The translations under genes and the position numbers were made by a program. From Paramecium tetraurelia (lineage: Eukaryota): a stretch of 64,000 bases of DNA. This document shows, in pieces, positions 44,935-56,870 of the stretch. The first letter of the stretch is position 1, and each line of letters opens with the position of its first letter. The stretch is taken from assembly GCA_000165425.1 (NCBI GenBank), contig CT868474.1:372001-436000 (forward strand). The letters run 5' to 3'. A model generated the notes under the pieces. The model did no database searches. It was not told where the DNA came from and saw nothing but the letters and a program-made list of their open reading frames with translations.

Positions 44935-46332
44935 ATGTTGGAATCAAGCTCAGGAGTGGTCCAAAGGGGTGTCTCTGAACCCAATATCGAGAAACAGGAG
45001 CAAAAGCCTAAGGCTAACCAAGATCTGGCCATGTAAGATTTTGATTTACACAAGTGGCCCAATCTGCAAAGCTCCTAACCATCTGAAGGATAAGTACATC
45101 AAAAGGGGCTACAGGATCAATTTCAAGAATAATAAGGATGTATTGAAGAGTCTGTTCATGTGGCACAACGAACTCGTGAATATTTGGACACATTTGATTG
45201 GGGCTCTGATCATCATCTCCCTGATATTTTATTTGTGGTTGAATTATGATGGATTGTTTAGATAAAAAGCAATCAATTCATTTCATGGTAATTCTCAAGC
45301 ATTAAGATAGAATCTCTTCATAATATATATTAACAGGCATATGATTTTGAATAGCAAATCTAAGGGTAATTGGAACTAGGTTTACACATTTTACAGGATG
45401 ATGCTCAGAAGGTTCAATAACAATTGCAGGAAAATATTGAAAACGTGAATAAGTTTATTAATGAAGTGGCCCATTAGTATGATTAGGAATTTCAGAAAAT
45501 CCAAAAGAATATAGCACAAGCATTTGATTGGGAGAATTTGTAATGGAAGTACAACATATCAGAAATTATTTCTGATTACAAAGTTAAAGCAATAGAAATA
45601 GTTGAATCTAAAGATTTTGATTGGATAGATTTATATTTAGGATTTCAACATTTAACTGGCGGTTAAACTATTGATGAAGAAAAGCTTCACAAACTAATAT
45701 CAAGATGGCCATTGATAGCATTTCTATTAACAGCCATTGTATGTTTGGGTTGTAGTACTGTATATCATCTTTTCTATTGTCTCTCAGAGAGAGTGAATAG
45801 AATACTACTAAGATTGGATTATGCAGGTATTTGCTTCTTGGTTTCTGGATCCACATTTGCTCCATTATTTTATGGGTTTCAATGCAATCCTCATTACGCA
45901 GTCATTTATGCGAGCATTTAGGGATTCTTTGCGATTGTGTTGTTCAGTTTGTGCCTATTCGACTTTTTCTATAAGGAGGAATGGAGAACATTGAAGAGCA
46001 ATTTGTTCGCAGGACTCGGAGTCACAAGTGCAATTCCCTTTATTCATTTTGCAATAGATGATGCTAAATTGGAAGGGTTTAGTTTCGCAACCTAATTTCC
46101 ATATTATGTTGCCATGGCAATCGCTTATCTGTAAGGATGATTAATTGATTGTAGTTCTGGCCTGTACATCTATAATATAAGGTTCCCTGAGAAGCACGTG
46201 CCTGGGAAGTTTGACAACTGTGGACAGAGTCACCAAATCTGGCACATTAGTGTAGTGGTGGCAATTCTATTTACGTATGTGGGTTCCTTGAATGCCTACT
46301 ATTAGAGATTGGATCAGCCGTGTAGAGAGTGA
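44935..46332 (+). CDS. PAQR / adiponectin-receptor / HlyIII family membrane protein
   Basis: [60 protein letters not shown]. Confidence 0.93.
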
Positions 46333-46385
46333 TGAAAGATGTTTATGTAAATAATTATAAATTATATTTAATAAAAAAATATAAA

Positions 46386-47345
46386 ATGATAAAGAGAAAT
46401 ACCTAATTAAAGAAATAAATAGTATCTTCTAGAAATTAAGGGACCAACAATAAGGCGTGTCTGAAGCCTTAGGTGTTTCAATTCCCACAGTTAATGAATA
46501 AAACCACTACATTTTCTGAAGCAATCAGATTCTAAGGACAGATTCAATAGCCATTGACACCTGAGATTATGATTCGACAATCCATGAACAAACCCAAGAT
46601 GATCGAGCAACCCAAATTCAAAAACAATTATGGAGTTTAACGCTTTTCGGCCAAGGTTGTTTCAAAGCAATAAAATGTGAAGGAACCAGTCATCATAAAA
46701 ATAACTACAAGCAAGAATCAGCAGGTGATTCAATAATTGGAAGAGTAGAGCGAATATCAATTGAGTGAATTGGGTACATTCGACGATTTGATTCAGCAAA
46801 TCCAAGAACGGGTGTTGGCTAAAAATTCAAACATCTCATAATTGGCATAAGACATCTGTTCAATAGAAGCCATTGATTTGAGAGGTCTGCAATGCATACC
46901 CTAATTGATCAAGCATCTTGTGATTTCATCAGTTTAGTAATAACTTCAGATACCTTAAATTTTATCGATCTTATTCACATTGAGTGAGGAAATCATGACC
47001 AGAGATGATCTGGATGAATCCTTAATGGAAATCATCAAAGTCTATTTGCAGAGGGGTTATGAGACCAATCTTCAAATGATTGTCGTCTTCATCAAGCGTT
47101 GTGGGTAGATGATCTATTATATCAGAGCCAACAAATAGAAGGTGTTGAGTGAACTTCTCATAACACTCTTACTCAAATTCAATGGGTTCAATATGTAGGA
47201 AGAATCTCAACTGCAATTGGCATTCAACATTGTATTGAGACACAAACAATTGAGATTGTACATTAAGGATAATAAAGATATTGTCAAATTGAAACAACCC
47301 ACATTAATAGAGTAACTATAGAAATTTAAAATTACAATTAATTGA
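46386..47345 (+). CDS. Hypothetical protein with helical C-terminal half
   Basis: Intronless code-6 ORF of 319 codons, MIKRNTQLKKQ...KFKITIN*. Confidence 0.7.
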
Positions 47346-47409
47346 TAAAATGAACTTCGTTTATATTATTATCTTAAATTAAATGCATTCCTAATACTCT
47401 ATATAAAAA

Positions 47410-48188
47410 TCAAATGAAAATGCAAAACCATGAAAGGAACATGTAAAACAGAAATATGGGATACACAGAAATGACCTTCTTCTCCTCGTTCATCATACTA
47501 CTCATAAAAGACAGCGAAGCTATTCAATAGTGTCAATAAACTCACAAAATGTCGACCACAGAAATGCAACTCCAACAATAATCAATCTCAAGAAAAATCC
47601 AAAATAAGATTAAAGGAAAGTTATCACAACAGCAGCTACGTTGATTGGAAATACACAATAACCAAGGACGCAAACACTCTAAAAAAAGGATACTTATCCA
47701 CCTAACAGTTTTGCATTTACTCTAATTTCAAACTTAAATTTACGTTATCACAGCAGACCCTCCCCACATTATTATAAAGATTGTGCCAAAGATAGTGTCA
47801 GCTAATAATCAAGTCAATCAATACATGACTGATTCGAATTGATGCCCAGGGTCCTAATTGATAATCAATATTGTGTGTACATCGCTAGCAACAATGATAG
47901 GAGTAATGGTCCCCATAAATCCCCTAGATGTAATGTAATCGATTGTCTTACAATTCCTCAGCTTCCTTCCTTGGGTCTCCTTCATCCTTGGAATGATCAC
48001 ATAGGACAATTTATACAGGATCATGTTGATGTCTCTCAACTTTACATTACAACCATTATTACTAGAGTATCCAACACAGGCTCATCGAGAGTGTTCACTT
48101 ACACTTCTTGTTAATTCATGTGAGCATAATCCACGAATTTGGCTTGTCCTTAGAACATCCCACTCCCGAAAGGGTGATTATCTGTCAT
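47410..48188 (-). CDS. YIPF6: Yip1-domain protein, YIPF6-like
   Basis: NTLDEPVLDTLLRD, LRNWDLWGPLLLSLLLA, C-terminal VYPIFLFYMFLSWF; several tiny introns. Confidence 0.88.
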
Positions 48189-48238
48189 TTTATATATATA
48201 AATATAATTAATCTTAGGAATAATAATATAGATTTAAT

Positions 48239-49594
48239 TCAAAACCTCATAAAAGGCCTTTTAGTCGGTGTTTTAGACTGTGCTTAGAATGATCTATTGT
48301 TAGGAGATTTGCTTCTGGCATTGTATTTGTCATTGAGTAATTCTTTATACTTCATTTCGAAGGAAGATTAAGTTCTTGATTTGATTTGAAACTTAGAATT
48401 TTATTGTGATTCTTCCAAATTTATCATAAATCATACCATCTTTTATCGCAATGTCTCTGAGATAGAACAACCCCAACATATTTTGATATCCACATTGTAT
48501 CAGCTTCTTCTCCTAATCAATCTTCACTACTACCACCTTATTGCCGGGTCTCAATGTGAAAATGTCTCCACTTAGTGATTTGCAAGTATTCAACACTATC
48601 CCCTGTTTGCAGTATTAAAATTGATTTTGTTAAGAAAATTGAGAATATTGCTGTGAAGCTGAATTCGGAACAGTTTTCTGGGAAAACAAACTCAACCTCG
48701 CCTTCTAAGGAATGTTATTGGCTTACAACTTAGACAAATGACTAAGAATGGGATTGCAATTCTATTCAAAATTAAGTTGGGTTTGCTCTGGTTAATTAGA
48801 AGTCTAATCATAATTACCTTGTTGACTTTGCTGTTGAGAGAATCTTGGTTGAGTGTTTTTATCCAACAATCTCAGGAGGTTGTGATTTTCATTCCTTTGA
48901 TAATCCTTCGAGGAAATCTCTGAGGATTGTTCAATGGAGGATTTGGAATGATCGGAATCCAATTGGCTGACTTGGATTCCGATTTCTAATTTGAAATCCG
49001 AAACAGCCTATTAAGAAGATTATTGGGGTTTGAAATAATTCATTTATTTTGCTAATTGCTCTTGACGATCAGTGTGTCTTCTAGAAATTGGAATGTTTGG
49101 TTCAAAACTGTCCTGACTATTAGAGTGTCTGCTGTCATCTTGTTTCGTATAAGTTTTAGAATTGTTCATTTTGCTATTGTTAATTTCATCTTAATATTTA
49201 ATGTTTGCATTTCCAACTCTCTACTTCTTTAGATGCTGATATCGTTGGATCGTACTTTCTAAATTTGAATCATGAATCACATACCACTCATCTTAGCCGA
49301 TTACCCTTCGTTGTCGTAATCCTCTTCCATTATTTTCTGTAACTTTTTAGTTTGCAATAAGCCAGCCTCACTGCTGCTATTTGAATCCTAATCGGAATGG
49401 ACCTCGTTCTTTTTCTGCATTTAAATGCCTTCCATGAAATTCCCCTTCCTCTATTAAGACTAGTTCTGCAATAAATCCAGGGCATTGTTAATCGACTATT
49501 GTTGGTTGCCATTGAACGAACTCTGGTACTTCTTGTTTTCATTGGATTGTGTCTTATCAGCCTTAAAAAAATTATTCATTTTCTTGATAGACAT
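48239..49594 (-). CDS. Hypothetical low-complexity (Q/S/N-rich) protein
   Basis: MSIKKMNNFFKADKTQSNE... open with short introns; ends KRPFMRF*. Confidence 0.7.
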
Positions 49595-49748
49595 TTTGGT
49601 TAACCGATTAAATTATAATCATTATATTTTTTATTACAAATTTCAGATATAAGGCTCCTCACTTCTATCATTACCAATTATTTAATAATGCACAACGAGT
49701 AATTATAAAATGCAATCTAAATTCTCGATTATTTATATATATATATTT

Positions 49749-51682
49749 ATGACTGATAGTTCTGGAATCAAGTATTTGGAATAGTACGTTTGCTTCAATT
49801 CCATGTAAGTTGGATCAAAAGGAACAGTATTTAGAGGATGTTTATTGAATAACACAACCGAATGCTTGGCAATTAAATAATGCGAATTGCATGTAAGTGT
49901 TAAAATTAAGTAAAAAGAGTGAGTCTGAAAGTTTGAAGACCTTGGATCTCATCAAAATGGAGTTGAAGAGATTGCAGAATATCAAGCATCCCAATTTCAT
50001 TAAAATATACGATGTCATCAAAAATCACAATATGCTATACTTTATCCAAATGTATTGTGAAGATGGCAGTCTACAGGATTATCTTGCTCAGCGAAAGGAC
50101 AAACCCCTAAGCGAAGTACTTTATGTGTTCATTAACTAAGCATGAGGCAATACAATTCATGTAACATATTATCGAAGGATATAAAGAGTTAAATTTGGTT
50201 AATATCATTCATAACAACTTAAAACCATCCAACATCCTCTTAAACAAAGGAGTGGCTCTGATCTCCGATCCCTATTACGCAGGAATTCTCCAATAAGAAG
50301 TCATGAAAGGACTAGCCATCTAAGATGCCAACACCTAAAAGAATCTTCCATTTCCAAGTCATTTGGCTCCAGAAGTTCTGCATGGATAGCCTTACACTAA
50401 TAAATGCGATATCTGGTCTTTAGGCTTGATATTTTATTAAATGCTTTATGGAGTACAGCCTTGGTATGCCTAAAATATCCACGAATGGTTGGATAATATT
50501 AGCAAATTCGTACGTACTTATCTCTCTTAGTTAGCCATTGCAATTCCCACCTCGACCAACTAGAAAATAGAATATTAAAGAACTCCTTACCAAAATGCTC
50601 ACTTTCTCTCAGGAGGACAGAATCTCTTTCCAAGATCTGATTCAAGATCCCGTACTCATCATCAAGCAAGATGAAGAATAAATTGATTTCTAGGGTACTT
50701 CAGATAAAGGTACTATTGATTTAAATTTAAATTAGATGAATTTTTGTATTTAATCAAAGCAAACGGGGTTATTCTCGAAAAAAATTTAGTGGTCAAATAC
50801 CTAATGAAGGAGCAGGTAGTGTTATCATTAGAGGAAAATTAATGGAAGCAGAGTGATGTGGAGGCGAGGATCTAATAATGTTATTATGAGAAGGAACCAG
50901 ATATCTCGGTAATTGTTAATATCTATATAAAAAGGTTGAAAGGATGGCCATTAAATACAAAAACGACAAGAAGAAGAAAGACATTTTCCAAAAATACTAT
51001 TAGTATTTCATTTTCGAAAGAAATATTGCCTTCTTTTTTAATTTCCTTGTGCAAAGGATTGTGAAATTGCAAGTGGATTGGCAGATACAATTACAAATCG
51101 ACTTTTATCATAGGTTGATTTACTTAATAGCCAAATATTAAATGATTATTTTAACTAGAATTAGTAACTAGCTTCAAGCAAATGGTAATCATACGTTTGA
51201 TCAGGATCTTTGGGGAAGATTTCAAAAATCTTAAGTATTTAAGATTGTGTATAAAACATTAGTAATATCAACTATTGGTAGCGTAAATAGAATAAGATGG
51301 TCTTAATTCTTTGGACTTCTATAAGTCAATTTCAAAAAGGTGTTAGCAGGTACTAAGAGAGGAATTCGAGAATAATAAACACAATCAACTGATAGTGGGC
51401 ATGATCAATAATTTCTCGGCAGTCTTGAACGAGAATTTTGAAGCTAATGAAATTTTTAATGTGCTCTTTAGAGAATGCATTATGGAATGTCTTAAGGTTG
51501 TCAAAACTTTGGCAAGCAAATAAGTAGACATCAATCTATTAAATTACTATCTATTGGTCTCACTCAATCCCTACGATGAATTCAAAGATATCAATTACGA
51601 TTTCAACACATTTTATGAAGATTCAGAAAATTATTCATTCTAAGAATTACAGGAAAAACTAGCAAAGAAAAGCAATAAATGA
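49749..51682 (+). CDS. Kinase-fold protein, probable pseudokinase
   Basis: [44 protein letters not shown]; helical C-terminal domain. Confidence 0.85.
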
Positions 51683-51874
51683 TTGTATTCAATATTACAG
51701 AAATTGATATATAATAATATTATTCTGAAATTTAAAATACCCATCTTCAGGAATTCTCAGTTTTTATAAATCTTAATTTACTAACTTTATTTTCTATTGA
51801 AATCAATATGGAATCGAATTATATGTTGTTTAAAAATTGAATAAATAATTAATCAAAAAGGATAAATAATTATA

Positions 51875-52856
51875 ATGTAGAAATCTTTTGAGAATGATTA
51901 ATAAATTGGTTAAGCTTAAAACTTCCAAAGTCAGGTTGATGAATCAAGGGGTATATTGCCAATCAGTAGGTTCAGTGATCAATTAGACTTTAAATACAGT
52001 CCTTATCTAACATAAATCCAAGAATCAAATAACATTGTAATCCCTTTTACTCCAGAATAACAATAAAGTCCTAATTTAGAAGATAAACTACTCGTTAATG
52101 CCACTGAGGATTAGAAATTGAAATTCTTTCGGTCAACACTCTACTTGTGGCTGACGTGGGAGTCTGTCATGTTTGTAATTTTGCTTTTCAATGTCATGCA
52201 AATAGAAGTCTACTGTAATCAGATAAAAGGACTTATACTATTTGGATTTCTGTTATTCGGTGCATATGCTTTAATCTTGATAAAATATAAGATTGAAAGG
52301 AAAATAGGATGTCTGGATGTCATAAATAATAATAATATTGATAAACTAATCCTTTTTATGGTAATGGTAGTGGAAGGTTTTTTCCATGTTAAGTTAATTG
52401 CCGTTATTGAATGCTTTTGTGTGGGGAATAGAGTTTATGGAAAAAATTTTGATTTTTAGATGGAAAAACAAATAGTTTATTAAGGGATATTAATCCACTT
52501 ATCGATATTAATATCAATTGGTTTCATTTTAGTTACGACATTGATATAATAAAAGATAGATCCAAAATGTAAATAAGTGAGTTATATAATTAGAATATTT
52601 CATAATTTCTTCGATTATTTCCTTATTGCTGGGAATAATGTATTAAGCAGCTTCGCCAGAAATTGAGATAATTCCAATAATGGTAATTTTTGCTATATTT
52701 TGTTTATTTGGCACTGTAACGGTTATTTCAGGTTAGCAAATTACCAATGGAAAAGTAATAATGTATTTGATATTTCTTTAGTTTGGTTTAGAAAAGAATC
52801 GAAATTAAATGGGATCCTTGTTATTGTACTTAAACTTGTTCAGGCTTTGCTTTTGA
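51875..52856 (+). CDS. Multi-pass membrane protein, divergent TMBIM/Bax inhibitor-1 (LFG)-like
   Basis: Hydrophilic N-terminus, about 7 hydrophobic segments (includes track ORF 52118..52459), C-terminal GSLLLYLNLFRLCF resembling the TMBIM last helix. Confidence 0.55.
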
Positions 52857-52928
52857 TATTACTTAAATGTTTATAATAATTATAATATCAATAATTAATT
52901 GTAAGTATTCTGATCAAAAATATAATTA

Positions 52929-54478
52929 ATGGAAAAAAATTAAAGTTTAATTAATAAAGTATCACCATTTGCTTCGATAAGTGAGGGATAAAAGTATATA
53001 ATCACTAAAAATCTACCTTAATTGATTTAGATAGTCTTGAAGGATGCTGCTGAGTTTCAATCAACTCAAATATAGAAATTAAAGGCTCTGCAATAATTGA
53101 AGATGATCTGTTGCATAGGTGACATTGGAGAATATCTAACTCAAGTATTTAAGTTGTTGGCCAAGATTTATATGAATGACGATAAATATTATTTGAATGA
53201 AGTAAAGATGAATTAGATTATGAATAGTGTAGATAAATATGTTATGTGATTGGATTAAAGGTACAAATTGATTATTATTTGCCAACATTGATAAACTAGG
53301 CGAGATTCGAATTGTAGGCTCAATAATCGAAAACATTATGCAATCTGATCAATATTATAAGTGAGACGATAGTGCATGAGAATGACAATCTTGATCTTCA
53401 GAGTTTGGTTCATTTGATTGGAGATATTGAGAGTGTCTATTCTGATTGTTGGGAAGTGATGGAATGCATTTATTACTTGGAAAATCGAATAATAAGTTAA
53501 TCCTAACAGGAATTACCAATTTATGTGAGACAATTGTTCTAAGCACTTTTAACGATCAGATCATTTAATAAGTTGGATTGTGAACCGTTGCTTCATTCAT
53601 TGTCAACGAAGTGCGGATACACAAGTGTAACTGATTTGCATGCAAATGAAATAAGTTTGATTCTAGAACAAATAGTAAATTAAGAGCATTTTAAGACTTG
53701 GAAACACAACACTAGAGAATTCTTAAAATTTAAGGCAATCGTAACAGGATGTGGAGATGGAATATCTAAATACATGCAATAGATAATATAGATAATGAAA
53801 TACTCTTTGGGTGGTGACTAGGAAGTTGAATTGCGTTTGGAAGTGCTTTTGTTATTGGACAAAGTAGTATAGATAGAGTCAATCAAAGACAGCATAAGAA
53901 TGTATGCAGCAGTAATGATTTCCTAATTGTTAATACAATCAATGGTTTGGAAAGCCAATAAACCAACGGTGAAGGTGAGAAAGGCAGCTGTAATAATAAC
54001 TCTGTATTTGAGTGAGATGCTGAGTTAGGAGGAAATATTGGAGTTGTTCCCAGCATTGGCAGCTCCCTTGAAATCATGTATGACTGATGATTGGGCACCT
54101 GATTTGAGATTTGCATCAAGCAAATTGGCTACAAGTTTAATAAAGAAGTGTTAGATTTTAAATTATGAAATCATAAGAGATTTCTATCCTTCTTTATTGG
54201 AGAGATTGGATGACTCATAAAATCAAATCAGAATAGAGATTACTTTTGCAATTGCAGCAATAATGTAGTAGAAGTACGATTCAACGACGATATTGGAATA
54301 CATTGTAAAGGCGACATTGATTCATTTGGACGATTCAAGTGAAGAAGTGCAGAGGGCTGTTTTCGAGTGTCTTTTGAGATGTCCAGAGAAAGGAGTTGTG
54401 TTGAAGGAGGCAGAATTGGCAGTGAAGAATTTCAAATATCCACGATTGTGTTAGGAGTTGATTAAATTGGTGAGTTGA
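52929..54478 (+). CDS. DNAAF5: HEAT-repeat protein resembling the C-terminal part of DNAAF5/HEATR2
   Basis: WKANKPTVKVRKAAV, DDWAPDLR, FYPSLLERLDDSQNQIRI, LIHLDDSSEEVQRAV; one 26-nt intron; about 507 aa. Confidence 0.7.
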
Positions 54479-54547
54479 ATATAATTGTGACATATATATA
54501 AATAGTTAGATTATAATGTAATCATTATTACAATAATATTAAATAAT

Positions 54548-55979
54548 ATGAAAACAATAGATAAATATACATTGCTCAATTAAATAGGGTAAGGACAATA
54601 CGGCAAAGTATACAAGGCGAATAAGCATAACACTCAAGAATATTATGCAATCAAAGTCATCAAACTGACTCGATTTAAACAATTACCGAAATTAACTTAA
54701 TTCACAATGAACGAAGTGGAAACATTAAAACGAATTAACAACCCAAATGTGATCAAATTTATCGAATTATTCAATTCTAAGAATAACCTATATTTAGTTT
54801 ATGAGTTTTGCAATGGTGGTAATCTTGAAGAGTATATTCAAAGAAGCCGGAACCTCAGGGAAAGCGATGCGATGGATAAATTTGCTTAATTATTGAATGG
54901 GTTTGAATCTTTGCAGAAGGAGAACATTCTGCATCGAGATTTGAAGCCTTCCAACATTCTTTTGCATGACAACATTGTGAAGATAGCAGATTTCGGTTTT
55001 TGTAAAAATATTGAACCTTTCGATCTCACTTAAACAATGGTAGGATCTCCAATTTACATGGCCCCTGAAATCTTGTTGGGAGAACCCTATAGCTTCTCTG
55101 CTGACATCTGGTCTCTTGGAGTGTGTCTTTACGAGATGCTGTTTGGAAGATGTCCCTATGAAGACGTGACCATTCCAAGATTAATGTACCAAATCCAAAA
55201 TCAACCTGTAACGATGCACACCATATTAGCTGACATTCCCTTACCAAATCGGAGAGGGAATCGAACGACTGTTGAGAAGGATGCTCACTGTTGATCCGAG
55301 ACAGAGAATATCCTGGCAAGAACTGTTTCAACTCAGGATCTCCAAAAGTCAGAAGAGTGTCTCGCCACTCACCAACAGTAATAGAAGAGGTGTATCTCGT
55401 AAGTGTAATATAATTTAATATTAGCAATTAGATAAAACTCCTCGCCCTATCAACAAGTGTTCCAGAAGAAGAACAGTCAGCACTTCTCCTCAAAGATGAC
55501 TGAGTCATCCGAAAGTGGAATCTACACTAACATCAAGATCATCCTGCAACAAAGGAAACAATTGCATGAGCACATTCAAGCCATCATCAAACTCTTAGAG
55601 GTCAATGACAATGTCCACGTCCCCTTAATGGTACTCTTCATGATTAGACACATACAATCTCAACTGAAATTAAATTTCGACTCTCTCATCAGATTAAGAG
55701 AATTCAAGAACACTCCTCAGTTCGACAAGATACAAAGTATTTATAAGGAAGACGAAAGGTATTCCTTTTTTAATTACTCTCTCTCCTTTTAGCTAAATCT
55801 TCCTCGTCGAAAAGCAGATAGTCCAGGAATTGAACAAGTCCCAATGTCCTTCTGACAACGTCACCACCGAAGAATTCCAATGGAATACTAAATAGTTCTT
55901 GCGTACCATCTCCGATGATATCCAATTGTCAGAATTGCAGAAATATTTCTATCGATTTTTAGATTCACTTAATAAATGA
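54548..55979 (+). CDS. ULK/ATG1-like Ser/Thr protein kinase
   Basis: [62 protein letters not shown]. Confidence 0.9.
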
Positions 55980-56000
55980 TATAAATATAATATTGATATT

Positions 56001-56689
56001 TCATATTTTCACCTTTTTATTTATGTCATCGCCAGATATCCAAGCTTAGATTTATTGTTAACACTTAGTAAATGCTTCATACTCGATGTTATCAACAATT
56101 ATTTAATATTTTTCCCGCTCTATTTCAATAAATGCAGTTGGAGACGTATTTTATATCATATGCACAATCAATCCTATCTGCTCCGGAGCCAATTATTTTA
56201 AATTATTCGAAAATTCCACCTTGTCATTATAAGTCACCTATTCCTAAGGTTCCTCCTGATACACATCCGATGTAATCTCCTTTGTTTTTGGTACCACCTA
56301 AGGAAGGTTCACAAGAGGCAGATAATTCTTCACATTCTTCTTAAACAACCTTTCCAACTTCTCAGCGATTTTGGTTATCCACTATCAATCTTAATTCAAA
56401 TTATTACACTCTGCGGTCCATTGTACAATTTGCAATTATCCCAAATTAGTGATATCTCATCCAAACACTCCTCTACAGTTTTGTATGCATTGTTATTCAA
56501 TTTCAATTGTACCGTCCCTAAATCCATAGGTCTCTTAACTATTTAGATATAATCAGGCAGATTCAATCTCTTATAATCTACAGGCTAACGAAACTCGACA
56601 CTATCATTTGAGTCAATCAATTGTTGAACTATTTAATTCAGTCGTTTTTATTCATCTTTATTTAGTGGAGTTTGAGTATTTTTTATCAT
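56001..56689 (-). CDS. Small bromodomain plus extra-terminal (ET) domain protein
   Basis: [28 protein letters not shown]...LIWDNCKLYN, then VTYNDKVEFSNNLKQLAPEQIGLIVHMI...IIVDNI; one intron. Confidence 0.9.
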
Positions 56690-56870
56690 TCAGATGAGAT
56701 TGTATATAATATTTATATAAAAATGAGATAATATATCTTTTCCTCTTTTAACCTTCTGCCTCTCCTCAAATTCTAATAACACCATTAGAAAATGCTTTCA
56801 TCATACCTTCTAATTTCAGCATTCTTTCATTCTCATTTCATTTATATAATTAATAGAAATAAATCTTAAA

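Noticed and set aside
46386..47345. Possible katanin p80 C-terminal-like domain
   Set aside because: Only vague helical similarity and no diagnostic motif.
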